Positions 49,246 to 62,540 of a stretch of 64,000 nt of DNA are shown piece by piece. Under the pieces are notes generated by a model. It had not been told where the DNA came from, did no database searches, and was given only the letters and a program-made list of their open reading frames with translations. The stretch is from Octopus vulgaris (taxonomy: Eukaryota), in the NCBI GenBank assembly GCA_951406725.2, contig OX597815.1, forward strand, positions 76,446,001-76,510,000, read 5' to 3'. A program made the position numbers and the translations under genes. The number at the start of each line of letters is the position of its first letter. Positions within the stretch are counted from its first letter, which is position 1.

Positions 49246-52200
49246 TTCAAATAAGTTTGTATCAAAGAACCTAAGGCAGCTTCACGTGGGGTGGTATCAA
49301 AAATGTAACATGGATAGAAATATATTCTATTCTTGGTTAGGAAATTAATCTACCACAATCTCAAGAGGAGCCTACAACTAATAAAAAAAAAACAAATAAA
49401 AAAACTTTTATAATTTGACATCAACAAGCCAAATGCCAATGGATATTTGCTATTTGATCAGTGGTAAGATTTAAATGAAATAGAGGGGAAATGAGTTTGT
49501 GTGACATTCAGGTTTTTGATTAATTTTCCCCAAGGTTGTGTAGCAATTTAGATCACGTTTATTGTATTGATATTTAGTTTGTTCTTTGTTTATACAAATT
49601 ATTAGACTGACAGGTAACCAATGCAACTGCTCACGTTGGTAAATAGCATATTTACAGGTGAGATGCAAAGCAAACATCTAAGTCATCTAACAATAAATAC
49701 TGTTTCCTGCTTTGGCTATTTTTATTTTTTCTGTTTCCTTTATTTTATTTATTTTATTACAGTTCTTGTATGCTTAGGGTTGAATAAGACTCTCCTTATA
49801 TTTCTACAAGAAATTTAATTTATCATAAAAAAAAAAGCAGAGAGAGAAAAACAAATAAGACAATAAGATATGCTGTTTCATCTCAGGAAGTTGATTGTTC
49901 TCTTATAGAAATAGTTAAAGAGGATTAGTCAAAGTTTAAATTTGCTTAGAAATTCAATCGATTGTTGCAAATAAACTTGACTTATTTGTACACTTGATAT
50001 TTAAACCAATGACATACCCACTGGACAGAGGTGAACTTGTGTCACGTTTTTTCTTTCTCACATGTGACACTTCCCCTTCCTTTTTTTCTTTTTCAGAAAC
50101 ATTGAAGGAAAGAATTTATAATCAATATCATTTAGAACACTCAGAAAGTTCCAGAAACCATTTAATAAAGAAATTATATAGAACCCCCCCCCCAAAAAAA
50201 AAAAACATGAGTCAAAATATGGTCTTATATCAATGTGTTTGTGAAAAATCAGCTGAAAGAAACAAGTAATATGCAGTGGCAAATTGCGCTCATATTTATA
50301 ATTAGTAAACAGTTTCTGTTGAATTTCATGTGTATTTATAAGATTGTCTGCATTGATCTATTTATATTCAAACACATAGTTTCCACGGCTTCATTTTCCC
50401 CATCTTACTGTGTTCTATCTTACTATCTGACTCTAGTTAGTTTGAGAGAAAGAAAAAAAAAACAATGCTATACCGAGCTTCATCATAAATGCATAGAGAC
50501 CAGGAAGGAAATTATGTGCCACTCATAACATTACCAAAAACTATTTTCTTTCAGCTTATTCTACCAGTTTTCATCTTTCTCAAACAAGTTCAAACAACTA
50601 CACATAAACTTATTTCCATTTTTATTTTTATTACTTTTTGAATCTTCTATTTTCAAAATGTCAAATGTATCTGCTCCAAATACTCATCTATTTAATTCCT
50701 GTCAATGTCCTGTGTTTAATTATGTTATGTAAGCCATTGGCATCTCAACTACATAAATATACATATATACAGATGAGCTCACAAAAATAGTTCATCGTAT
50801 TTGATACAGGTCAGTTGCTAATGTTAAATGATGAAGGAGAAACCTTATGGCTAAAGAGATGTGGCGTCAGTAAATGAAGTCTCTTAATTTAAGAAATTAC
50901 CTGAGGAATTTTTACAAGCCTCAAGAATTAAATATATATATCTACTTCCAATGTAAAATTTATTTCATGACAAGAATAAAACTGCTGAGCATTTTAATTA
51001 TGGGAGGCACAAAAGGGAAATTTTTCTACTTCTTACTTCAAATTGCAAGATATTTGTTAAATGTCTGTGAAAAATAAAATACATATTTAGTTCATGTATC
51101 ATGTTTCTAAGACTATGCAACAAAAACTGTTTGTACATGAATGTACAAATGATATTTTACACATAGAATCAGGCATCTGTACTCTACTATAGCTGTTGCC
51201 CTGTATTATTAGGACAGGCACTTTAACATTATTTGCTTGCTTTATGAAAAGTTTAGCAGCAATTGGCTAGCTGCCTACCCAAGGGAAAAGATGAGGAAAT
51301 TTCATCTCTATTCCCAACTGTGTATCACATATGAAATTAAAAGGTCACTTTAAAAGTCACTGACACATCTTTTAAAGAAATATACAGTTAGCTGAAATAG
51401 TGTAAACATCATAGTCAGTTTAGAATTAAAGTATTAAATGATTAAAAGCATAAGGAGGGAAGCAGATTAAAGACAATCGTATAATACAAACAATTTAGAT
51501 GACTAAGAAGATGGGGTGGCAGTGAAATAATATAACAGGATGACAACCACAATGCAATACACGTAGCAAAGTTTGAATTACAATCTTTAACTGTCTAATC
51601 ATTTCTAATAAAAATAAATACATTATATACCACATATTTATATGATAAAGTTGTAATGCAATGAATTTAAAAGTTGTTGCTTATTCATAATCAACATTGA
51701 TGCCTTTAATGAAACCTGAAGTCTTCTTTCGAAAAGAGATGGAAAAGACTAAATTAACATGATGTCAACAAAATTTATCCACCTTTGCTGCATTTGAAAT
51801 CAAAACTGTGTAGTACATACATAATCTCATTATTCTTCCATATGCAGCACAACATTTCAAAGGTTAACATTATAAATTACAAAACTTCTTGTCAGCTGTC
51901 AGTCTGTTTGTGTGACACACATTACCAATGCATTCATATGTGTTGGATAACTTTGCTTTAAGCGCTCATCAGCCATCTGATGATCTCTTTTTCTCAATGA
52001 TAAAATAGATTAAATCTATAATATGCATTGCCAGCAACATTGAAGTCATTAATAATATGTACATAATTATAGTATTAATTAGAAGTAAAGTACAATGCAA
52101 ATAGCAAAGGACCCAATGTAATACTTGCACTGTGATGCAAACCCAAAATATGGTCCAGAGAACAGTATCTTATTTATGTGACCTCTGATATTTTACCAGA

Positions 52201-54489
52201 GATAGAAAAACCTTGTAGTGATTTATATAGTGTGTTCAAACGTCTAACTCGCCTTCCTTATTTTATTTCTTATTCACTTTTCTGTTAAACGCTTATTATT
52301 GTGCTGCTGTTGCTGTTGAATTATACAATAGACTACTGCTTTCAGATTGTATTTCTTAATAGAACACTGCACTATTTCTTTAGGCAAGGCATTTAACTTT
52401 CCTTTCATCATCTTTGTCCACTTTTCCATGCTTGTATGTGAGAAATGGAATTTGATGAGGCAGATTTTCAATGGTCAGATGCCCTTCTTGTCACCAGCCC
52501 TCATCTGTTTCTGAGTAAAGTAATATTTTCCTACAGGCAGACTTCTTCATAGAAGATTGGAAACGATGGACACCAATTGTATGATGATGATGCTCATTTA
52601 AAACTATTACACAATGTCCAAACAAGGAGACACTTACACACACAACTTATATATGGTGAGCTTCTTACAGCTTTCATCCATCAAATCACTCACTAGAAGA
52701 TATTTGTCCAAGGTGCCATGCAGAGGGATTAAACTCAAAACAATATGGTTAGAAAGCAGCCTGTCTGCTTCATGTTTAGTAAATTACATTGTTGCTTGGT
52801 ATATTTCATGTGCAAATTATCTCTGCACCAATTTTTACTTTAAGACATGAGCTATAAATGTGATAAGATATTGAGCTTTCAAAGAAAAAGAAAAACTATA
52901 TATGGCTAAAGTTACACAGGTTGTTTATAGTTTTGAATGATTCATTATAGTTTGTGTATTTCTTTACAGGCTCCATTTATAATCTCAAGTAGTGCAAATA
53001 AAGTTGATTGCAACTGAACCCTGGGATTAAAAACTTCAATTTTTTAAAAACCATTGTCTGGTGTGAACACAGCAAAAATATAGTTAAAATGCACGACCTT
53101 TTCTTTTTGTTTTATTCCTTTTTAATGGGGTTTACTTTTAGAAAAAGAAAAAAATATTTATGAAGGAGTAAACAATAGTAAGTATGCTATATTCTACAAT
53201 AATAGAACGTGATGCAATTAGATAATATTGGTTTCAAATTTTGGTACAAGGCTAGCAAGTTCGGAGGAGGGGGTAAGTCTATTACATCAACCCCATCATC
53301 AATTGATACTTATTTTATCAACCCCGAAAGGGATGGCAAAGTCGACCTCGGTGGAATGTGAACTTAGAACGTTAAGACATACGAAATGCTGGTAAGCATT
53401 TTGCCCGACACGGTAGGTGTTAGATAATATTGATGAGCCAACCGTATCTCTCCAACCAATGTGTCAATTCAGCTACCATCAACGCCCTACGATCGAGCAG
53501 AGATTTAGGTTCTGCTGTACAATACTAGCCAACTGACTGCATATTGGCGCAAATCAGCAGTCAATTAAATCATCCAGTACTTGACTACTACAATATTTTA
53601 TCGATCCAAGAATTTGAACATGGATATGAACAAATACTACAAAAGATTTCTTTTCTGCTTCGATACTTCGATCAAGTCACAGTTTTCGTATTTAAAATAA
53701 CTTTCTTATGAATGCAATAACAAAACCGTATACATGCTGCATATTAAAATTCAAATATAGGTTATATAACGAATACAATTGCAGAATTCTATTTATATAT
53801 CACGCGACGTTATTTTTTTTCTTCCGACAATCAAGTGTATGTTAAATTTAAATGTCTATTACAAAGACTGGTTTGGAAGATGTTAAACACGTGAAAATAA
53901 CTTTTTGTGAAAGTGAATAGATAGTTATCAAAACAAGCTATAGAAAAAAGAAATATATAAATTCTGTATTTAAATAAATTACATAAAACTTCTATTTATG
54001 TGAATATATTAATATTTATATAAAATTTAATGTCTATATAAATTTACTGAAAAAAAAAAATCTATTGAAAATGAAGTATCTATAAATAATTTTAGCATTT
54101 ATTATATTATATTATACTGGGGTGTATTCAATAGGCTTAGAAGTAATTGAAAGTGAAAACTTGACCCTGCTCACACTAGTAATCTATAAAAAAGGTAAAA
54201 ATAAGTAAATCCCAGTGTTGCATCTGTCATCTCCCAACTACACTGACAAGTGGGGGTGTTGTAAACTAAATGGATTTTTATAAATGTGTATGCAATTTAA
54301 AATCAGTTAAGATATTTTAAAAACTAAATTCAGGCAAAAGCTGTGTCTGAATATGGTTTATGAGCTTATGACTAAAATTTCATTTTTCTTTAATAAAAAA
54401 TTTCAGCGCAAAACAAAAAGGATTTACAACCTTAATAACCAGCTGCATTGCATAATAAACACTAAACGCGTGGGCGGTTGTACTGCACA

Positions 54490-54830
54490 CACGTGTAAGT
54501 GAAAGTGTGCGTTATTAAAAGGGAAATGATTAATCAAATGTACAAGGGAAGTGATTAATCAAATTATCGGTCAAACATGAGAAAATGGCCAGTCATTATT
54601 ATCAGCAGTCGATGAATTTTTAGCAACAGTCGACAGAAATTCAGTGAAGTTAAAAAGAATTGTTGCCCTTTAGCAGTTAGCATGAGAAATCATGTGACCT
54701 ACAATCGAGAACTACTTCAACACATTCTTTGTGTTCACGTGGCAGAAAACGTCACGTGTTCGACCGATATAAACAGTTCTTGTGCAACAGAGAGCAACAG
54801 AACGAACTTCTAGATCAACGTTCAGTAAGC
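54490..54830 (+). promoter_or_regulatory. E-box/TATA promoter- or enhancer-like module
   Basis: CACGTG at 54490, 54736 and 54753; duplicated TGATTAATCA at 54527 and 54552; TATAAA at 54768; TTCAGT/GTAAGC at 54821-30. Locally CpG-rich. Confidence 0.4.
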
Positions 54831-57800
54831 TCAAATCCTGATTTTCATCGTACAAAGAATAATAGAAACGAAAGCATAGCCTACTTTTTGTTGTTTTTGT
54901 ATTTAAGCGATTTTAACGCATAATGAGGGCGTAGGTCTTTTTTATTTTGTCAACGTAACTGAATTTTTCTTCCCCCACCAATTGACATTGCCAAAATCAT
55001 ACTTACTGCTGCTACTATTTAACTTTACAATTATGTTTATACACAATATCTCATTTAGTTTAAATCTAAATTGTTTGCAGAAGCATTAAACGAGATACAG
55101 AAAGTGTTTTATATGCAAAGCATTTTTTAAATCCTATAAACAGATGTTTTGTTATAAGTTGAAATAACTGCCTTAGTGTATCGCATCCATTAAGTTAACA
55201 GAAAATCTGAGAAAGTATTTTGCAACTATTTTTGTCATTTATTTTTATGACTCTGTTCTCATCTTTTATTTTAAATTGACAATAATAAAAATGAGCAAAA
55301 AGGATATATACATTCCCCTAGTTGTACACTATAACAGGGAATATTGGTATAAATAATGGAGCCCAAAGTACGGCCTTATAGTAAGTTTCGGAACAGCCAA
55401 AACACCCTTTAATTCCCGATATTAAACTAAAATTAATGCAACTATGAGCATTCCCAAATAATAAAAATATTAATATAATATCCTTTATTCCTTGTGCACT
55501 GACATATGCAGAACTTCCCTCTTTTTATATTGATAAATAGTAATATGCTAGATTTATTTCGCGAGGACCTTGCACTTGCCTCACATTAAAACTTCAGTTT
55601 GCACGTTCGTATATAAAACAACTTGTTGCAGGAGTAAACTCCTTGCAGAGTTAATCCAGTTTGTTTACGAAAGTAAATAAATGAATAAAATTTAATCATA
55701 ACTTCCCTCATTTCATCTCTCTGAAAGTCGAGGTTTTCTTTGGCCACCTTAATAAACATTGTTGAACTATTGGTGGTAGATACCTCCTGTACATTTGTTG
55801 AGAATTAAAAATACTGCACCCTTGAGAATAAACTAAATTAGTAAATAAAATAACACGGACAAAAAACTAAACGATTATAAAAAATTCCTAGTAACTTATG
55901 TTGACTTAAATATTTTTATTATCATCATTTGTATTATGATCAATTTTATAACTGTAGGAGTTGGAAGGTTCTGTGGCGAGACATGTTCACAAAAACTACA
56001 TAGATTTAAATACAAATATTTTTCACCTATGATAAAAGACAAAATTTCGTTCAATATAGTATCTTTGATAGAAATTTTGATAAATTCTGAATTTATACAG
56101 TTTAATATTTATTAAAGTCGATTAATAATTATTTCGATTTAATGTCTTAAATTTTTTTCGATAAAAACGAACTCTTGATAATAATATAATAATCGTAGTA
56201 GTAAAATACAGATGAACAATAAAAATAAAATGCCCTCTCGACTCAACAGATTTTAACAATTCCTCGATCTTGTACATAATATTGTATATTTTCGAATGGA
56301 AATCAATATCAACCTCAATAACATTTGTTCGTTTCAATTTACCCTACCCATTTTCTAACGCTAATCGACGTTATAATCTTGTAAAAGAAATCGGTATTGT
56401 TAATAAGGAAACAACATTTGAATTTAAAAAGATTTCAGATCGTTATATAGCCATAGAGCGATAGCATCAAACCATGGATTTTTTTTTGTTTCTCTCAAGA
56501 TAAATACGGGATTGAACATTGAGACAAAAGCAAAAGTATGCGGAGTAACAGCTAAATGAGCTTTGTTTTGAAAATATAATAGATTAGCAAATTTGGAAAT
56601 AACTTTACACAGGATAAGGAGATGGAAGACAAAAAGAAATAGATTGGCAATAGTGAGATAAAGTGAAAAGGGTAAAGGCACACTCTCGGTGCTTGTGACA
56701 TATTCGGTGGTGTTGTAGAGGATGTTGTTAGAGTTGTGTGTGTGTGCACGAAGTTGGTCGCCCAAAATAGCAGTAAACAAAAGCAAGGGAGATCACTGTC
56801 AGGGGCGTCACGTGTTGGTGAACGTGAGAATTTTTAGCCTTGACATTGAAGATAATACACACAGAAATACATAATGTGAGGTCCCACTCAACTAAATTGA
56901 TTTCTGCTGTGTCCGTCAGCAGACGCTTTTGGTTGCTGTTGTTGCTGCTGCACTCGCCATTGTAGACTTAATTTTTGATTCAATTATAACATTAATTACG
57001 AGGGTAGTGACCGACTATTTTTATTTTACTGATTCTCTTGTAACTAACTGGTCTCAAATATGATGCCAGACGAGAGACACTCCATTCATAGTTTACTTAC
57101 CGAAATAGCAGTGATAATACATTCTTCTCAAAATGTATATTGTGTGTGGCAGTGCACTATAAGCACGAAGAAATATACATATCTTTAAATCACTGGGGAT
57201 ACACACACACACACATATATAGACGTGTGTTTGTGTGCACGTGTGTCGTAACTTAACGATGAGATAAAAAAAAAAAACCAGACTTATATTAAATAGTAGG
57301 GATGGCCGTAATCTACAGTCTAAAACGATTTAAGGTGTGTGTGTGTAATATAATATAAAAGATAAATTTTTTTTTCTCTCTCTCTCTCTCTCACGCACAC
57401 ACACATAAACATATTTAGGCGCAAGACCAGCGAATTTGAGGGAGGGATTAGTCGTCACCTCTGTATTTGACCGTACTTTATTTTATCTTTCCTGAGAGCA
57501 TGAAAAAAAAAAAAACGTTGACTTCGGTGGGACTTGTGTACTTAAAACGCAAAGCACCAGAAGAAATACTGTAAAGTATTTTGTCTGGCGTTCTAATGAT
57601 TCTGCCTTATATATATGTTTGATTTTAGAAATGAGTGAAATGGAAAGCTGTATGTAATGATCATGATCATCATTGTCGTTTAACGTCTTACTTCCATGCT
57701 GGCATGGGTTGAATGGTTTGACAGAAGCCTGCACTGCACTTCTGTGTCTGTTTTGACACAGTTTTTACGGCTGGATGCCCTTCCTAACACTAACCACACC

Positions 57801-60736
57801 GGAGAGTGAACGGAGTGTTTTTTTATGTGGAACCAGCTCAGGCGAGGTCAGTTTTGGCATGGTTTTTACAGTTGGATGCCCTCTCAAATACCAACCACTT
57901 CACAATGTGGACTGGATGCTTTTTAAGTGGGACCAGCACTAGCAGGGCCACCAAGTAACTTTGCAAGACAAGGAATCTTTGAGAGGGGAGGGGTATTGGA
58001 GGAGTTGATCTTGTGTCAGATAATGAACAGTTAGAGTGTGACAGAGAGACAGAAACTGGTGTCTTGTAGAAGAGATATAATCTTATGAGCTTAGAAAACT
58101 ACAGGTGATACTCAAAGAACTAGAGTTTCTGACAAAACACTTCTCTAACAAGAACTTGAAACAGTAAGATATTCTTATAAAGTAAATAGAATATTCTAGA
58201 AAATAACGTTTAATGTTACAGAAATACAGTAAATACATCTGAAAACTCACTTGCATAATAGGTTGTGAATGTGGGAAGTATTATGTGTGTATGATTACAC
58301 ACATACACAGACATTTTTCCGTTTTATGTCTGTTCCATCATGGTAGCATGGGTTATATGAATACCTATAATTTAGGGTGTTGTTTTACACAGATACCATT
58401 CCTGTTGCTAGCTCTTGCCTGTTTTTGAAGCATTGGAGTCTCCATTCTATGGAAACATCCAGGACAATTTGTTGATGAGCAAATAACAAGCATCATCTGT
58501 ATCTTTTTCATGAGAAGTGCAGAATGTAAATACACTCTGATTACTAAATTCACCCACAAGGTAATGGTTGGCCTGGAGTTAGAGTAGAAGACACTCATTG
58601 AAAATAGTGCTCAGTGGGACGGAACTTGAAACTTTAGTTCCAAAGTGAACATCCTAATCACACATCCATACCTGTATCTTATACACAAACACTGAGGCAT
58701 AGATACATTCAAGATGTATACACGTACATCATGATAAATAACCTGACGTTTGCCTGTGTGCAAAGACATGTATACTAGCATGTATCTGCCTAAAGATATA
58801 TAGAGCATGCACACACACACAGACACACACATGTATATATATATCTTTACATACAAGCACATATCATGTACATGTATATATAAAAACTTACATATTCATT
58901 TTGTATGATTGTACAGGTGTAGACATTTACATGCAAACATACACAGACACGCATATATATATATATGCAAATATGTTAGTGTGTATAAAAGCATAGATGT
59001 TATGTCAAACTGTACACAGATATGTGTCCATAAAGAAGCATGTAGAAGAACACATTAATAAAATGCATAAAAATCTTATCTATTCAAGATGGCTGCAGTC
59101 TAATGACTGAAACAAGTAAAAGAATATACATGATAAACAATATAAAATACATATAAAATGTGCCTATAGAAGCATTGCAGTGGGGGGAGTAACAAGATTG
59201 TGAAAGTGGTGCTAAGGCAGTGAGGAGACTTGTTAGCAGATGCTGGGGTGGGTCAGAGAAGAAAAGATGGAGAACTACAAGACAACAAAACATGTAAAGT
59301 ACACAAGTATGTGGGGGGGGGGGGTTAACTTTATACAAACGACTGCTTAATAATAGAAATGTATGTATAAAGCACACATGTAGCTGCTCAGTAACAACAC
59401 ATGCATATACAGAGCACATACTTCCAGATTTATATGCAAATTGTTAAACATATATACATGCATATAACCTACAAGCACAAGCATATCTCCATATCTATAT
59501 ACACAATTTTAGTAATATGTTATATACATAGGCCTATTTATATATATATCTAGATAACATTCTTCCATGTGTCATATTATGAGTGCATGTTCTATTTTTC
59601 CATGTTATCATTTAGGTTCTAGAGGTGGGTAGGGGAGTCTAAAGTCCATTCATTTCTAATAGTACAATCTAGTGATTAATGGTATAAAAATGTATGCATG
59701 CATATGCACACATACATTCATATATACATATAGGTAAACAAAATAAACAGATCTCCATCTATTTTGATGCTGGGTGTCAATCAACTGAACTACCTACTCA
59801 TTGAATTGGTATCTAAGTGGTTGAATATTCCACAGATACATGTATCTTAATATAATCCTCAAGCAGAGGCAGTAGGGCAGTGTGTGATGAAACTGGACCT
59901 TTGAATTCATAAGTACAATCCATCTGATGGATATCTGTACATTCTTTTCAATTTCACTCAGAAGAGATGGGTTAACCAAAGCTATAGTAAAAGCAACTAC
60001 CTAAGATGCCATGCAGTAGATCAAACCCATATCAGACTGATAATTGGAAAACAGATTTCTTAACAACCCAGCCTCACACGTACACACATTCTGCAACTGC
60101 ATACACGTCCCAGCATATTAGATAGAAGTTATGTTGGTACACATGTGCATATGGATACATATTCTGATTTTACCGTTTAGTATGGTGCAGAGGCACATAT
60201 ATGTTTTACTTGATGTTAATCTTCAGTATATATTTCAGGTTAATGAAGTAGATGTAGGCGGTAGTGTGTGTATGTTCATGTAGATTTTGTAGCCCAGTAC
60301 ACTTGTACTAAATGCAGTTATGTACTTAACTGAATTTAGTGAAGATGCAAATGTGAATAAAGGTGAGTGGTAGCTAAGTGAGAGAGCTGCATGCTGAAGT
60401 GCTCAGTGTATGAAGTGAGATTCCACAATCCAAGTGAGGTTTGTTTGTAAAGAGTACAAACGTGCAACCATAGTAACAATGAGATGAAAATGAATACAGA
60501 AAAACTGTTGGTGACAATGAAACTGAGTAAATTTTGAGAATGTATGTAAAATGCTATATGCAAGTAATTTAGCATGATTGAACAATTTCTAGAAAATTCT
60601 GCATACTATATAGAAATTCTTAGCTCTTTCTTTATAATTTTTAAGCTTGACAAGTTCTTTAGCATAAAATACCAGGCCCTTGAATAATTTCTCTTATCTC
60701 AGCTGATAAAATAAATATATATCATGTATATGTGAG

Positions 60737-60774
<38 letters not shown>

Positions 60775-60826
60775 CATTGAACCCATGTGAGCATGAAAAG
60801 TGGATGTTAAATGATGATTATGTATA

Positions 60827-61198
60827 TCTCTCTATATATAAACAGCAAAATGTCTGGGTGTGTGTGTGTGTATCCTTTATACAAATCCACAATTTTTCAG
60901 TTAGAGGGCTCGCACTTTTTATGGTCATTCAAAACCATCCAAGGGTGGTCATGCACATCTTTACATTTCCCCAGTCACCCCGCAAAGCCATTAAAAAATC
61001 AATAGAAGTGACTCTTTTGTGAATTTTTTATCCAAAATCCAATCAAAATGCCCGAAACTTGATACGCCAATTGAATGCCAGCTAGCTGTATGTGATTGGT
61101 TGGAGATTTACACAGTACTCGCATGTTTGTGTGCACGCACATAGCTGTATATGCATGCACTAGCACTATGACCCGGCATTGCCGGGTCATAGTGCTAG
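60827..61198 (+). mobile_element. Complete non-autonomous Helitron
   Basis: A|TC(TCTCTATATATAAA) 5' end, (GT)n tract, GC-rich hairpin acccggcattgccgggt at 61171-87, CTAG|T 3' end, no target duplication. Confidence 0.75.
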
Positions 61199-61428
61199 TA
61201 TATGTATATAATGTTATGTTATAAGTGTGTTTATATAACTATTATATAACTGTACTATTTGTGAAAATTGATATATATTTTTAAATAGTTCTCAGTCAAA
61301 TGTAGTATGTAGTGCTAGTATATGTATATAATGTTATGTTATAAGTGTGTTTATATAACTATTATATAACTGTACTATTTGTGAAAATTGATATATATTT
61401 TTAAATAGTTCTCAGTCAAATGTAGTAT
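61190..61428. repeat. Exact tandem duplication with 120-bp period
   Basis: 61190-61308 is identical to 61310-61428. Confidence 0.92.
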
Positions 61429-62127
61429 TCTCTGATAAGAATTGCACTTTTTTAGACACACATGCATGTGATTTGCTATCACTTTTAAATTATAAATAAT
61501 TATGTCATTAGACATTGATTTTATTTCATTACAATATTCATGGCTGATAAAATGTAGAGGTCGGGAAGTAGCTGATATTGTAAACTGTTACATTTAAATT
61601 GACTGATAAGCTTAAAAAATTTGTTGGAAAACATTACTGATAAACATCTAAATTTTTTTCACATTTAACCCTTGTAACATTTAATAGCTGTTAATTTGTC
61701 AATGTTTTGGCAATCCTTGGGCTTAAATGAGCTTGATGTCATTGAGAATCTTTCTTTGGCTCAATGAATAACAGATTAGGATGTAAATTTAAGGTTTAAA
61801 ATATTCCATTAGCTGAAGAATGCCAAACACAGATAACTAAGCTCTAAATTGACATGATTATTGTTTGTTTAAAAAGCAACTAATTATGGTGGCTGTATCA
61901 TGCAGAAAAGATATGTAGGCAGTAAATATATAATTTGTCAGCAACACCAGTTTTAAGAAACTGGATATCAAAGGATTGTCAGTTATACTGCAGCTGATTC
62001 AATGCCTTGTTGTTGTGAGTTCAAATCCTGCTAGCTCTGACTTCATCTTTCTGTCTCCTGATTCAGTGAACTATATTGATTCTCTATTAAAATGAGCTTG
62101 ATACTTAAATAAAAAGAAAAAAAAATC

Positions 62128-62540
62128 GGTTGTGTGGTTAAGCTTCCTTCCCAAACATGTGGTCTTGAGTTCAGTCCCACTGTGAGGCACCATGGGCAGG
62201 TGTATACTATTGTAGCTCTGGGCTGACCAAAACTTTGTGAGTGGATTTGGTAGATAGGGAATAATCCATGCCAGCATGGAAAATGAACATTAAATGATGA
62301 TGTTAAATCTGAAAATAGCTTGTTGTACATCTTTCTATTTGTCTGTATGTATGTTGTGTTTGTCTCATCACTGCATGGCAACCGGTATTGGTTTGTTTAC
62401 ATCCCTGTATTCTAGTGGTTCAGTAAACAAGACTGAAGAATAAGTACCAATCTTAAAAATAAGTACTATGATTGATTTGACTAAATCCTTTAAGGCAGTG
62501 CCCCAGCATGGCCATGGAACAATGACCGAAACAATCAAAA
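62128..62540 (+). mobile_element. tRNA-derived SINE containing a short (CAT)n-family fragment
   Basis: gagttcagtcccactg...tgagtggatttggtag...gaataagtacc...ggcagtgccccagcatggcc. Confidence 0.75.
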
